This document shows, piece by piece, positions 7,868-17,667 of a stretch of DNA of 64,000 nt; positions within the stretch are counted from its first letter, which is position 1, and each line of letters opens with the position of its first letter. A program made the translations under genes and the position numbers. Below the pieces are notes generated by a model. It was not told the DNA's origin and made no database searches. It saw nothing but the letters and a program-made list of their open reading frames with translations. This DNA comes from Gemmatimonadales bacterium (GTDB taxonomy: Bacteria > Gemmatimonadota > Gemmatimonadetes > Gemmatimonadales > GWC2-71-9): contig JBOHSH010000114.1 in NCBI GenBank assembly GCA_050733195.1, positions 5,389-69,388 of the forward strand, in the 5' to 3' direction.

Positions 7868-9292
7868 CAGTTTGCTCTTCCTCACCCCGTAGAGGAAGTA
7901 GATCACGAGCCCGATCCCGAGCCAGACCAGGAGCCGGATCCAGGTGCGGATCGGCAGGGCCTGCATCAGGTAGAGCGAGGAGATCACGCCCATCGGCGCC
8001 ACGAACCACACCCACGGCGTGCGGAACGGCCGGTGAAGCGTCGGCTCCCGGACCCGGAGCACCATCACACCGGCGGACACGATGGCAAAGGCCAGCAGAG
8101 TCCCGATCGACACGAGCGAGGCCGCCTCGCGGACGGTCAGGAAGCCGGCCGGAATGGCAACCGCGATGCCGATCACGATCTGGGTGATCCAGGGGGTGCG
8201 GAACCGCGGGTGGATCCGCGACACCCAGGCCGGGAGCAGCCCGTCGTTCGACATCGAGAAGAACACGCGGGATTGCCCGTAGAGCTGCACCAGGATGACC
8301 GACGAGAGCCCGGCGATCGCGCCGATGGTGATGAGGTCGGCCAGCATGCCGAGCCCGGCGGAGACGGCCACCTTCGCGATGGGGTCGGGGACGTCCAGCT
8401 CCCGGTAGGGCACGACGCCCGTGGCGATCGCGGAGACCACGATGTAGAGCACGGTGCAGACCAGGAGCGAGGCGATGATGCCGATGGGCATGTCGCGCTG
8501 GGGATTCTTCGCCTCCTGCGCCGCGGTGCTCACGCTGTCGAAGCCGATGTAGGCGAAGAACACCACGCCGGCCCCGGCGACGATGCCCGAGAAGCCGAAG
8601 GCCTCGCGGGGACCGGCGCTGGGCGGGATGAAGGGCCGCCAGTTGTCGGCGTCGACCGCGCTCGCCGCGAGCGCGATGAAGAGGAGCACGACGCCGACCT
8701 TGATGACGACCGCGACGTTGTTGAGGTTGGCCGACTCCTTGATTCCGATCACCAGCAGTGTCGTGACCAGGGCGACGATGATCACCGCCGGAAGATTGAA
8801 GATCGCCTCGACCTGGCCGCCTCCCGGCAGGTCGACCATGGTTCCCCGCGCCGCCGTGAGCGTGGCGGGAAGATCCAGACCGAGCCGCCCCAGCAGCCGC
8901 ACCATGTACCCCGACCATCCGATCGCGACGGTCGTGGCCGAGAGGGCGTACTCGAGAATCAGGTCCCAGCCGATGATCCAGGCGAAGAGCTCACCGAGCG
9001 TCGCGTACCCGTAGGTGTACGCGCTGCCGGCCACCGGCACGGTGGAGGCGAACTCGGAGTAGCAGAGCGCCGCGAAGACCGAGGCGACGCCCGCCAGGAC
9101 GAAGGAGAGCACCACGGCCGGCCCGGCGTTCTGGGCCGCGACCGTGCCGGTGAGGACGAAGATGCCGGTGCCGATGATCGCCCCGATCCCGAGCAGCGTG
9201 AGATTGAAGGGGCCGAGGGCCCGCTTGAGGCCGTGCTCCGCCGCCGCTTCCGCCTGGAGCGTCGCGATCGGCTTCCGCCGGAAGAGGTTCAT
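7859..9292 (-). CDS. amino acid permease (APC superfamily, cationic amino acid transporter-like)
   Basis: 477 aa. N-terminus LKRALGPFNLTLLGIGAIIGTGIFVLTG followed by about 12 TM helices. Confidence 0.85.
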   Translation of the reverse strand: MNLFRRKPIATLQAEAAAEHGLKRALGPFNLTLLGIGAIIGTGIFVLTGTVAAQNAGPAVVLSFVLAGVASVFAALCYSEFASTVPVAGSAYTYGYATLGELFAWIIGWDLILEYALSATTVAIGWSGYMVRLLGRLGLDLPATLTAARGTMVDLPGGGQVEAIFNLPAVIIVALVTTLLVIGIKESANLNNVAVVIKVGVVLLFIALAASAVDADNWRPFIPPSAGPREAFGFSGIVAGAGVVFFAYIGFDSVSTAAQEAKNPQRDMPIGIIASLLVCTVLYIVVSAIATGVVPYRELDVPDPIAKVAVSAGLGMLADLITIGAIAGLSSVILVQLYGQSRVFFSMSNDGLLPAWVSRIHPRFRTPWITQIVIGIAVAIPAGFLTVREAASLVSIGTLLAFAIVSAGVMVLRVREPTLHRPFRTPWVWFVAPMGVISSLYLMQALPIRTWIRLLVWLGIGLVIYFLYGVRKSKLKG

Positions 9293-9420
9293 GGAATCGA
9301 CCCCGGCGGGGGCAGCTTCTCCTCCGGCGGCGACTTCATCAGCCGGTAGAAGCTCCAGAAGGTGAGGCCGAGCACGAAGGCCCAGCCTCCCAGCATGAAG
9401 ACGAGCGCTCCGGTTCTCAT
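9289..9420 (-). CDS. small single-TM protein, MetS-like small subunit of an NSS transporter (putative)
   Basis: 43 aa, MRTGALVFMLGGWAFVLGLTFWSFYRLMKSPPEEKLPPPGSIP (tail of track ORF 9289..9960). ATGA overlaps with the NSS gene stop (9417) and with the permease start (9292). Confidence 0.5.
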   Translation of the reverse strand: MRTGALVFMLGGWAFVLGLTFWSFYRLMKSPPEEKLPPPGSIP

Positions 9421-11006
9421 ACGGCTCCCTTCCGGGCGGCGCGCCGGCGCCAGGCGGCGCGGATGAGGAAGAGCTGGGCGATCAGGATCCCGAGCATCAC
9501 CGCGCGGGAGGCCCAGCGGGTCGGGTGGTGGGCTTCGTCCACGCCGCGCAGCTGGAGGGTCGGCAGCGCGTCGGTGACAAACCACCAGACCATCATCACG
9601 ATCAGGAAGACCGGCGTGACGTAGGTCATCACGAACTTGTAGAAGCGGGGGATGTTCCAGGCCGCCCCCTCGTGCAGCTCGCGCCACATGTTCTCGGGCC
9701 CCAGGACCCAGACGAAGAGAACCGTCTCCACCAGCGCCAGCACCACCAGCCCGAACGTGCCGGCCCAGTAGTCCCACTCGTCGAGAAACCCGCGGGTGTA
9801 GTACACGATGTGCAGCATGCCGATGGCGAACGCGATCAGCCCGATGGTCCACCCCGACCGCCGCCGCGTCCATCCGAAGTTCTCCTCGAAGAAGCTCATC
9901 ACCGGCGTCGCCATCGACACCGAGGAGGTGATGCCCGCGAAGAAGAGGAGCGCGAACCACATGAACCCGGCGCCGGCGCTCACGACCGGTCCGCCCGGGA
10001 GCCGGTTGAAGACCAGCGGCATCGAGACGAAGCCCAGGTCAAAGCTGCCCGCCTGGGCGATCGCCATGGCGCCCGCGACTCCGAAGAAGGTCACCACCGC
10101 CGGGATCGCGAGCGAGCCGCCCAGCACGACCTCGGCCGTCTCGTTCGTGGCCGCGGTGGCGATCCCGGAGAGGGTCATGTCGTCGGTCCGCTTGAGGTAG
10201 GAGGCGTACGCCTGGAGGCTCCCCATGCCCACCGACAGCGTGAAGAAGATCTGCCCCGCCGCCGCCAGCCACACCTTCGCATCCCAGATCTTGGACCAGT
10301 CGGGCGTGTACATGAAGTTGAGCCCGTCCATCGGCCCGAACGTGGCGGTGGTGCCGTCCGCCGCCGTCACCGTCTGCGGGTCCAGGGTGAGCACCCGGAC
10401 CACCAGGATCGCGGCGAAGAGGAAGAGGATCGGCATCCCGATCTTGGCGAGCTTCTCGATGCCGCCCGAGAGACCGCGCATCAGGACCCAGATGTTGACG
10501 AAGAGGGTGATCCCGAAGAAGAGGAACGGCACCCAGGGGGCGTGCATGCCGCCGGTGTCCGTGAGATCCTGGTAGGACCGGAGGAAGGCGCGCATCGCGG
10601 GCTCGTCGAGCCCCTGCGTGGCGCCGGTGACCGAGAAGAACGTCCAGGCCAGCGTCCACGATTCGATGTAGCAGTAGTAGATGAGCACCACCATCGGCAT
10701 GAACAGGCCGAGCACGCCGAGGTACTTGGCGACCGGATTCCTCCAGATCCCGTCGAACATGCCCGGCACCGAGCCGTGCCCGCGGAGCCCGCCGTGGCGG
10801 CCAACGCCCCACTCGATCCACAGGAGCGGGATGCCGACCACCAGCAGCGCGATGAAGTAGGGGATCATGAAGGTGCCGCCGCCGTTCTCGACCGCCTGCC
10901 GCGGGAAGCGGAGGAAGTTGCCGAGTCCGACGGCGTTCCCCGCCATGGCGAGGATCAAGCCGATGCGGGAGCCCCACTGGGCGCGGGGCGCGGACGCGTC
11001 GCTCAT
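9417..11006 (-). CDS. sodium-dependent neurotransmitter:sodium symporter (NSS/SNF) family transporter
   Basis: 529 aa. Family signature WGSRIGLILAMAGNAVGLGNFLRFP..GGGTFMIPYFIALLVVGIPLLWIEW. Confidence 0.9.
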   Translation of the reverse strand: MSDASAPRAQWGSRIGLILAMAGNAVGLGNFLRFPRQAVENGGGTFMIPYFIALLVVGIPLLWIEWGVGRHGGLRGHGSVPGMFDGIWRNPVAKYLGVLGLFMPMVVLIYYCYIESWTLAWTFFSVTGATQGLDEPAMRAFLRSYQDLTDTGGMHAPWVPFLFFGITLFVNIWVLMRGLSGGIEKLAKIGMPILFLFAAILVVRVLTLDPQTVTAADGTTATFGPMDGLNFMYTPDWSKIWDAKVWLAAAGQIFFTLSVGMGSLQAYASYLKRTDDMTLSGIATAATNETAEVVLGGSLAIPAVVTFFGVAGAMAIAQAGSFDLGFVSMPLVFNRLPGGPVVSAGAGFMWFALLFFAGITSSVSMATPVMSFFEENFGWTRRRSGWTIGLIAFAIGMLHIVYYTRGFLDEWDYWAGTFGLVVLALVETVLFVWVLGPENMWRELHEGAAWNIPRFYKFVMTYVTPVFLIVMMVWWFVTDALPTLQLRGVDEAHHPTRWASRAVMLGILIAQLFLIRAAWRRRAARKGAV

Positions 11007-11010
11007 GGGC

Positions 11011-11174
11011 GTTCCGGGTTCAGGGTTCTGGGTTCTGGGTTCTGGGTGCTGAGTTCTGAGTGCTGAGTTCTCTCGGGGTGGGTTCCTCGTCCTGAAGGGG
11101 AGTCCGGCGTGCGGCGGACGCAGAACCCGAACCCTGAACTCAGAACTCAGAACTCAGAACTCAGAACCCAGAAC
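11011..11174. repeat. inverted pair of heptamer arrays (GGTTCTG/GAGTTCT)n ... (CAGAACY/AGAACTC)n
   Basis: Left arm 11011-11072, spacer of about 48 nt, right arm 11121-11174 which is the reverse complement family. It lies between the guaB stop (11178) and the NSS start (11006). Confidence 0.9.
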
Positions 11175-11177
11175 GCT

Positions 11178-12635
11178 CTACGCGCTGTAATTGGGTGCTT
11201 CGCGCGTGATCGTGACGTCGTGTGGATGCGACTCGCGGAGTCCGGCGTGCGTGATCCGGAGGAACTCCACGTCGCGCCGGAGGGCGGGGATGTCGGCCAC
11301 ACCGCAGTAGCCCATGCCGCTCCGGAGGCCGCCCACCATCTGAAAGAGTACGTCCGCAACGGGCCCCTTGTAAGGCACCCGTCCTTCGATCCCCTCGGGA
11401 ACCATCTTGCCGGGCGAGAGCTCGCCCTCCTGGAAGTAGCGGTCGGCGGAGCCGTCCTGCATGGCCGAGAGGCTCCCCATCCCGCGGATCATCTTGAAAC
11501 GCCGGCCCTCGGCCAGGATGCTTTCGCCGGGACTCTCCTCGGTGCCGGCGAGGAGGGAGCCCATCATCACCGACGAGGCGCCCGCGGCGATCGCCTTGAC
11601 CACGTCGCCCGAGTACTTGATCCCGCCGTCGGCGATGACCGGGATCTCCCCCGCGCCGCGCACGGCATCCTCGATCGCGGTGATCTGGGGGACGCCCACC
11701 CCGGTCACGACCCGCGTGGTGCAGATGCTCCCGGGACCGATCCCCACCTTGACCCCGTCCACCCCGCGCCGTGCCAGCTCCCGGGCTCCCGCCTCCGTGG
11801 CGACGTTCCCGCCCACGAGCTGCACCTCGGGAAACGCCTGGCGCAGCTGGTCGATCGCGCGGAGCACGCCGTCGCTGTGCCCGTGCGCCGAGTCGACCAC
11901 CAGGACGTCCGCGCCCGCGCCCACGAGGATCCGGGCCCGGTCGACCACGTCCGGCGTCGCGCCGATGGCCGCGCCCACCCGGAGGCGTCCGTGCCGGTCC
12001 TTGTTGGCGTCCGGATGCTCCCGCCGCTTGAAGATGTCCTTGACGGTGATGAGGCCCTTGAGGACGCCCTGGTCGTCAACCACGGGGAGCTTCTCGATGC
12101 GATGGCGCGCGAGGATCCGTTCGGCTTCGTCCAGAGTGGTGCCGACCGGAGCGGTGACCAGGTTCTCCCGGGTCATGGACCGCTCGATCGGCTGCTCCAG
12201 ATCGCGCTCGAACTGGAGGTCCCGGTTGGTGATGATCCCGATGAGCCGTCCGCCCCCGTCCACGATCGGCACGCCGCTGATCCGGAAGCGGCGCATCAGC
12301 GCGGCGGCCTCCCGCACCGGCCGCTCGGGCCCGAGGGTGATCGGGTTGAGGATCATCCCGCTCTCGCTCCGCTTCACCCGGTCGATCTCCGCGCCCTGGC
12401 GGTCGATCGTCATGTTCTTGTGGATGATGCCGAGCCCGCCGGCCCGCGCCATGGCGATGGCCATGTCCGCTTCGGTGACGGTGTCCATCGCCGCCGAGAC
12501 GAGCGGAATCGCGAGCTCGAGGCCGCGGGTGAACTTCGAGGCGGTGGAGACGTCGCGGGGATGAACCGTGCTCTTGGCGGGAACCAGGAGGACGTCGTCG
12601 AAGGTGAGGGCGACGCCCGGCCGGAGGGTGCTCAT
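11178..12635 (-). CDS. guaB: inosine-5-monophosphate dehydrogenase
   Basis: [14 protein letters not shown], a CBS pair, and catalytic loop [12 protein letters not shown]. The start is set at MSTLRPG (residue 31 of the track ORF). The upstream extension has no IMPDH similarity. Confidence 0.95.
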   Translation of the reverse strand: MSTLRPGVALTFDDVLLVPAKSTVHPRDVSTASKFTRGLELAIPLVSAAMDTVTEADMAIAMARAGGLGIIHKNMTIDRQGAEIDRVKRSESGMILNPITLGPERPVREAAALMRRFRISGVPIVDGGGRLIGIITNRDLQFERDLEQPIERSMTRENLVTAPVGTTLDEAERILARHRIEKLPVVDDQGVLKGLITVKDIFKRREHPDANKDRHGRLRVGAAIGATPDVVDRARILVGAGADVLVVDSAHGHSDGVLRAIDQLRQAFPEVQLVGGNVATEAGARELARRGVDGVKVGIGPGSICTTRVVTGVGVPQITAIEDAVRGAGEIPVIADGGIKYSGDVVKAIAAGASSVMMGSLLAGTEESPGESILAEGRRFKMIRGMGSLSAMQDGSADRYFQEGELSPGKMVPEGIEGRVPYKGPVADVLFQMVGGLRSGMGYCGVADIPALRRDVEFLRITHAGLRESHPHDVTITREAPNYSA

Positions 12636-12721
12636 CCGGAGAACGGCGTGACGATGGAAAGGGGAAGTCGGGGACGGCGCGAGGGGGCCATCCAAAAGTT
12701 TAGGCCTCGCCCCGGGTGAAA

Positions 12722-13105
12722 TCAAGCGTCCGGTTTCGGCTCCTGCGGAGGCGGCGCGGCGAGCTTGTCCCCCTGCGGGGCCGCCGGCCCCGACCCCTCC
12801 TTGAGCGGTGCCGCCGCCTGGAGGGCTTCGTCCACCACGCTCTGCGCCGCCGCCGCCACTCCCTTCATCACCTTGCCGGCGCCGCCCATCAGATCCATCG
12901 TCGTCGAGATGCCCTTGATGGGGATCTTGGCCGCCCGCATCGTGTCCTCGATCCCTTCCGTGATCTTGGCCAGGATGTTGGTGGGCGCGGCCCGCTCGGC
13001 GTACTTGCTCTCCAGGAACTCGACGAAATCCAGGATCTGATAGCCGCGCTGGTCCGACAGCGTCTCGAGCCGCCGGAGGATCCGCTGACGGAGCTGCTCG
13101 TTCAT
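12722..13105 (-). CDS. hypothetical protein (DUF2281-like N-terminus, low-complexity C-terminus)
   Basis: 127 aa. [35 protein letters not shown], with codon usage consistent with coding. No function assigned. Confidence 0.5.
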   Translation of the reverse strand: MNEQLRQRILRRLETLSDQRGYQILDFVEFLESKYAERAAPTNILAKITEGIEDTMRAAKIPIKGISTTMDLMGGAGKVMKGVAAAAQSVVDEALQAAAPLKEGSGPAAPQGDKLAAPPPQEPKPDA

Positions 13106-13112
13106 CGGGGCC

Positions 13113-14246
13113 TCACGGCGTCGCCAGCCGCACGAGCTCGACCACCGGGGTCGCGAGATACCGCGTCCGGCCGGCCCGGATCACCACGGTCGCCTCGAGG
13201 TCGTCGAGCGGCTCGAGGCCGACCAGCTCGCGGGCCTGCTCCCGCGTCACCATGACGTACACGAATCCCGACTCCGGCAGGGGACCGCGCGTGAGGAGGT
13301 AGCTCTGACCGAGCGGCATCTCGGGACGCAGCTCGTCGGCCCGCTGATGCGCGAGGAACTGCAGCCGCCAGGTCACCGTCCGCCCGATGAAGCGGGCGGG
13401 ATCGCCGCGAATGTCCGCCGCGGTGATCGCCGGCCTCGGGGGTGGACTTCCCGCGAGCTCGCTCGCCCGCACCCAGGCCTCGAACCGCACGCGGACCCAG
13501 TCGCGATCGGTGGCCGCGATGATACCGTCGAGGGGCGCGTCCAGCCGCGCGATCGCCTGCCCCTCGGGGGCGCGGTACACCGGGGTCCCCCTGCCGACGA
13601 GCACGCGCCGCTCCTCCGGATCCGCGCGGCCGGCCTCCCGCGACGTGTCGCGCGCCGGCGCCTGCGCCGGCGGAGCACTCGCCTCCGCGGGCGGCGCGTT
13701 CACGGGAACGGCGGTGTCCCGACGCGCCGACGTCGTTCCCCCGGTACCGGCGCCGAGGCCCGACGCCGCCGTGACCGCGCGCGGAAGCGACGAGCGCGTG
13801 ATCCAGCCGCTCCGGCGCACGCGCGTCCATCCTCCCCGCGTGCCGACCCGGCGGAAGAGCGCGCCCTCCTCCGCACGCGCCAGCACCATGCCGTCCGGCT
13901 CGGCGCGGACGTTTTCCCCTTCGCCCGACGCGACGATCAGGTCGTAGCCGTCGCGCGTCGTGGGGGAAACCGAACGGGACCAGATCCACCCGTCCAGCAC
14001 GGTCTCAACCCAGTCGCCGCGGCTCCTGCCGGGGGCGATGCGCGTACCCGCGGGCAACGTGGCGAGCCGCACGCCGCCGGGCTCGCGCAGGAACGCCGTC
14101 CGCTGGGCGACCCGTACCGTCGTCTGCGCGGGCAGCGCGGAGACGAGGATGCACGCGGCGAGAAACGAGGCTGGTAGGCCGCGGAAGGGAGGACTAGATT
14201 GCGGCGAAACCGACACGATCCATATGTAGGTGTCACGGAGGAGCAT
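13113..14246 (-). CDS. secreted hypothetical protein with SH3b-like repeats
   Basis: 377 aa. Signal peptide ..FLAACILVSALPAQ, with repeated G(D/G)W(V/T)..V...GW(I)..S segments. ATG 14246 abuts the gpmI start head-to-head; an internal GTG at 14216 is an alternative start. Confidence 0.5.
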   Translation of the reverse strand: MLLRDTYIWIVSVSPQSSPPFRGLPASFLAACILVSALPAQTTVRVAQRTAFLREPGGVRLATLPAGTRIAPGRSRGDWVETVLDGWIWSRSVSPTTRDGYDLIVASGEGENVRAEPDGMVLARAEEGALFRRVGTRGGWTRVRRSGWITRSSLPRAVTAASGLGAGTGGTTSARRDTAVPVNAPPAEASAPPAQAPARDTSREAGRADPEERRVLVGRGTPVYRAPEGQAIARLDAPLDGIIAATDRDWVRVRFEAWVRASELAGSPPPRPAITAADIRGDPARFIGRTVTWRLQFLAHQRADELRPEMPLGQSYLLTRGPLPESGFVYVMVTREQARELVGLEPLDDLEATVVIRAGRTRYLATPVVELVRLATP

Positions 14247-15795
14247 GTCAAACGGTGAAGCCCCCCGCCCGGTGGCGCTGGTGGTGCTGGACGGCTGGGG
14301 CTACCGCGAAGCCCGCGAAGGAAACGCCATCGAGCTCGGTCGCACCCCCGTCTGGCACGGCCTCTGGAACAGCGCCCCCCGCACCCTCCTCGACGCCAGC
14401 GGTCTCGCGGTGGGTCTCCCCGCGGGGCAAATGGGCAACAGCGAGGTCGGCCACCTGAATCTCGGCGCCGGCCGCGTGGTCCCGCAGGATCTCGTCCGCA
14501 TCTCGGAAGCCATCCGCAAGGGCGACTTCTACTGTCTCCCGCCGTTTCACGATCTCGGCGATCACCTCAAGCGATCCGGCGGCACGCTGCACCTGATCGG
14601 CCTGCTCGGCAATGGAGGCGTCCACGCCATCGACACGCACCTCCTCGCGGCCCTCGAGCTGGGCGTGCGCCTCGACGTCCCGCGCATCGCGGTGCACGGG
14701 TTCCTGGACGGCCGCGACTCGCCGCCGCGCTCCGCCCTCGGCTTCGTGCAGACGCTGGTCCGGGAGATGGCCCGGATCGCCGGCGACCGCGCCGCCATCG
14801 CCTCGCTGGTGGGGCGCTACTACGCCATGGACCGCGACCGCCGCTGGGACCGCACGCGCCTCGCGTACGATCTCCTCGTGCACGGCCGCGGCACGCCCGC
14901 CGAGGATCCCGTCGCGGCGATCGCGGCCGCCTACGAGCGCGGTGAGACGGACGAGTTCATCAAGCCGATCGTGCTGATCCGGAACGGCGCGCCCGGGGCC
15001 ACGATGCGCGACGGCGACGGCGTGCTCTGCTTCAACTACCGGAGCGACCGGATGCGCCAGATCGTCCGCGCGCTCGCCCTCGACGACTTCGACGGATTCG
15101 AGCGGAGCGGCCGCCCCCGGCTCCAGGTCGTGACGCTGACGCAGTACGACGAGACGTTCCCCCTGGCGCAGGCGTTCCCGCCGTTCAGCCTCGCCCGCAT
15201 TCTCGCCGACGTCCTCGCCGACCACGGCAAGACCCAGTTCCGGACCGCGGAAACCGAGAAGTATCCGCACGTCACCTACTTCTTCAACGGCGGGCGCGAG
15301 CCGCCCGTCCGGGGAGAGGAGCGGCTGCTGGTGCCGTCGCCGAAAGTGGCGACCTACGATCTCGAGCCGGCCATGAGCGCCGTCGGAGTGACCGACGCGC
15401 TCTGCGCCGCCCTCCGGCGCGGCGACCATCAGTTCTTTCTCTGCAACTTCGCGAACGCCGACATGGTGGGACACACGGGGGTGCTCGAGGCCGCCATCAC
15501 GGCGGTCGAGACGGTGGACGAGTGTCTCGGCCGGATCGTCGCGGCATGCGAGGCGAGCGGCACCGCGCTCCTCGTGACCGCCGACCACGGCAACTGCGAA
15601 GTGATGATCGACCCGGAGACGGGGGGCCCGCACACGGCGCACACGACGAGCCCGGTGCCCTTCGTCGCCGTCAACGCGCCGCTTCCCCGTTTCCGCCAGG
15701 GCGGCGCCCTCTGCGACGTCGCCCCGACCGTGCTCGACCTCCTCGGCCTCGACCGGCCCTCCGAGATGACGGGCCGGCCCCTTCAGCTCGCCTGA
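14230..15795 (+). CDS. gpmI: 2,3-bisphosphoglycerate-independent phosphoglycerate mutase
   Basis: PVALVVLDGWGY, GQMGNSEVGHLNLGAGR and TADHGN. The true start may be ATG 14245 (MSNGEAP). Confidence 0.92.
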   Translation: MSRRSMSNGEAPRPVALVVLDGWGYREAREGNAIELGRTPVWHGLWNSAPRTLLDASGLAVGLPAGQMGNSEVGHLNLGAGRVVPQDLVRISEAIRKGDFYCLPPFHDLGDHLKRSGGTLHLIGLLGNGGVHAIDTHLLAALELGVRLDVPRIAVHGFLDGRDSPPRSALGFVQTLVREMARIAGDRAAIASLVGRYYAMDRDRRWDRTRLAYDLLVHGRGTPAEDPVAAIAAAYERGETDEFIKPIVLIRNGAPGATMRDGDGVLCFNYRSDRMRQIVRALALDDFDGFERSGRPRLQVVTLTQYDETFPLAQAFPPFSLARILADVLADHGKTQFRTAETEKYPHVTYFFNGGREPPVRGEERLLVPSPKVATYDLEPAMSAVGVTDALCAALRRGDHQFFLCNFANADMVGHTGVLEAAITAVETVDECLGRIVAACEASGTALLVTADHGNCEVMIDPETGGPHTAHTTSPVPFVAVNAPLPRFRQGGALCDVAPTVLDLLGLDRPSEMTGRPLQLA

Positions 15796-15798
15796 TCC

Positions 15799-16506
15799 AT
15801 GCGCATCGTCCGCCTCCTCGCCGTGCTCCTCCTGCTCCGCGCTCCCGCCGCCGCTCTGGCCCAGGTGGGGCACGACCCCGCCGGGTCGCCCTACGGGGAG
15901 CTCCGGTTCGGCCAGTTCTTCGGCGCCACCGCGGGTTATTTCGCGGGCGACGGCGGCTCCTTCCGGCTGGCGCCGCACGGCGGGGCGCTCGCCGGGCTCC
16001 GCTACGACTTTCTCGCGGCGGGCACCATCACCCTCGGGCTGGCCGCGAGCCGCGGGACCCTGGAACGCGACGTCATCGACCCCACGGCGTCCGTCGCGAC
16101 GCGGGTGAGCGGGCCGGTCGATCAGTCGGCCACGTTCCTCGAGGGCATCATCCAGTTCAACGTGACGGGCGGCAAGACGTGGCGGCGCCTGGGCCCCTTC
16201 GTGAGCGGGGCGTTCGGCCTGGTGCTGGCGGGGAAGGTGCCCCAGGACTCGAGCGGCTTCTCCTTCCGCACCCGGGGGGCCATCACCCCCGGGATCGGCA
16301 CGAGGATCTTCCTGAGCCAGCGCCTCTTCCTTCGCCTCGAGGCGCGCGCCACTTTCTGGCAGGTGACCTACCCCCGCTCCTTCACCGAAGACCCGGCGGA
16401 CGCGCCCAACGATCCGCCCGTGCTCGAGAACCGCTCCCCGAAGGAATGGATCGTCACGCCCTGGTACTCCGTCGGCCTGAGCTACGCCTTCTACCGCCCG
16501 TTCTGA
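15799..16506 (+). CDS. putative outer-membrane beta-barrel protein
   Basis: 235 aa. Signal peptide LLLLRAPAAALAQ, alternating beta-strand pattern, and an aromatic C-terminus (..SYAFYRPF) typical of OMPs. Confidence 0.6.
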   Translation: MRIVRLLAVLLLLRAPAAALAQVGHDPAGSPYGELRFGQFFGATAGYFAGDGGSFRLAPHGGALAGLRYDFLAAGTITLGLAASRGTLERDVIDPTASVATRVSGPVDQSATFLEGIIQFNVTGGKTWRRLGPFVSGAFGLVLAGKVPQDSSGFSFRTRGAITPGIGTRIFLSQRLFLRLEARATFWQVTYPRSFTEDPADAPNDPPVLENRSPKEWIVTPWYSVGLSYAFYRPF

Positions 16507-16508
16507 CC

Positions 16509-16925
16509 ATGCACATCTCGCTCACCCGCACGATCGGCTTCCGCGCGACCCACCGATACCACCGCGCCGAGTGGAGCGTCGAGAAGAATCGCGAGCGCTT
16601 CGGCGCCGCCGGCGAGGGACACGCGCACGACTACCGGTGCGCGGTCACGGTGACCGGGCCGCTCGACGCCGACACCGAGATGGTCATGGATCTCGCGGTG
16701 CTCGACGGGCTCCTCGCCGAGGAAGTCAACGCGCGGTACGCCGGGAAGCGTCTCGACGAAGACCTTCCCGAGTTCTCGAAGGGCAGGATCCTCCCCACCT
16801 GCGAGGCCCTCGCGGCGCAGATCTGGCTCCGGCTCGACAGCCGCCTCCCGGCCGGCGTCCGGCTGGAGCGGGTCCGGATCGCCGAGGACGCCGACCTCCA
16901 TGCCGACTGCACCGGAGTCGCCTGA
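16509..16925 (+). CDS. queD: 6-carboxy-5,6,7,8-tetrahydropterin synthase (6-pyruvoyl-tetrahydropterin synthase family)
   Basis: 138 aa, the tail of track ORF 15522..16925. GFRATHRY..EGHAHDYRCAVTV..MVMDL..L carries the His and Cys ligands of the PTPS fold. Confidence 0.85.
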   Translation: MHISLTRTIGFRATHRYHRAEWSVEKNRERFGAAGEGHAHDYRCAVTVTGPLDADTEMVMDLAVLDGLLAEEVNARYAGKRLDEDLPEFSKGRILPTCEALAAQIWLRLDSRLPAGVRLERVRIAEDADLHADCTGVA

Positions 16926-17667
16926 GCTCGATCGCCCTCCCAAGCGGGGGGGCAGGATGGCGGACGATGCCGCCGTCGAGGAGGTGCCGGTCTGGCTGGA
17001 GGTGAACGGCGCCCGCGCCGTCACCTGGATGTGCACCCCCGAGCTGCTCGAGGAGCTCGCGATCGGATGGCTCGCCGGCGAAGGCTTCATCACGTCGGTG
17101 GACGACGTTCACCTCCGGCCCTGCGCGACGGACCTGGGCTTCTGGGCCGACCTCCCGCCCGAGCGCGTCGCGGCGGTCCAGGCGGAAGGCCGGCAATCGG
17201 TGCTCGCCTCGGGATGCGGCGCCGTCAGCATCTACCTGGCGGACCCGGGCTCCTTCCGCCCCGCGCCTCCGCGCGGTCCGCCGCCCGAAGTCGAGCGCCT
17301 CCGCGCCCTCTTCAAGGAGCTCTTCGGACGCGGGGTTCGGTACAAGGACACGGGCGGGATCCACGCCGCCGCGCTCACCGACGGCTCCACGCTCCTCGCG
17401 CACGCCGAGGACATCGGCCGGCACAACGCCGTGGACAAGGTGATCGGGTCCCTCTATCTGGCGCGCCGACCCCTAACTGGATTAGGGATGCTCGTCACCG
17501 GACGGATCTCCGCCGAGCTGGCCTCGAAGGCCGCCCGTGCGGGCATCGCCTGGGTGGCCACCCCTTCCGTGCCCAGCACGCTGGCGGTCGAGATCGCCCG
17601 GCGGACGGGAATGACGCTGGTGGGCCGCGCGGTGAGCGGGAGCCCGCACCTGCACCTCCCCGGATGA
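16900..17667 (+). CDS. fdhD: formate dehydrogenase accessory sulfurtransferase FdhD
   Basis: GGIHAAAL..AEDIGRHNAVDKVIG..VTGRISAELASKAARAGI..ATPSVPSTLAVE. The alternative start ATG 16957 would avoid the overlap with queD. Confidence 0.85.
   Translation: MPTAPESPELDRPPKRGGRMADDAAVEEVPVWLEVNGARAVTWMCTPELLEELAIGWLAGEGFITSVDDVHLRPCATDLGFWADLPPERVAAVQAEGRQSVLASGCGAVSIYLADPGSFRPAPPRGPPPEVERLRALFKELFGRGVRYKDTGGIHAAALTDGSTLLAHAEDIGRHNAVDKVIGSLYLARRPLTGLGMLVTGRISAELASKAARAGIAWVATPSVPSTLAVEIARRTGMTLVGRAVSGSPHLHLPG

Noticed and set aside
12636-12725. 30-codon N-terminal extension of guaB
   Set aside because: IMPDH homology starts at [15 protein letters not shown]. The extension is Pro/Ser-rich and overlaps the stop of the upstream gene at 12722.
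14230-14246. Apparent head-to-head overlap of the gpmI and SH3b-like gene starts (CATG at 14244-14247)
   Set aside because: This is probably an artefact of choosing the longest ORFs. An internal GTG (14216) for the minus-strand gene and ATG 14245 for gpmI give a more plausible divergent arrangement. It is not treated as a real overlap.
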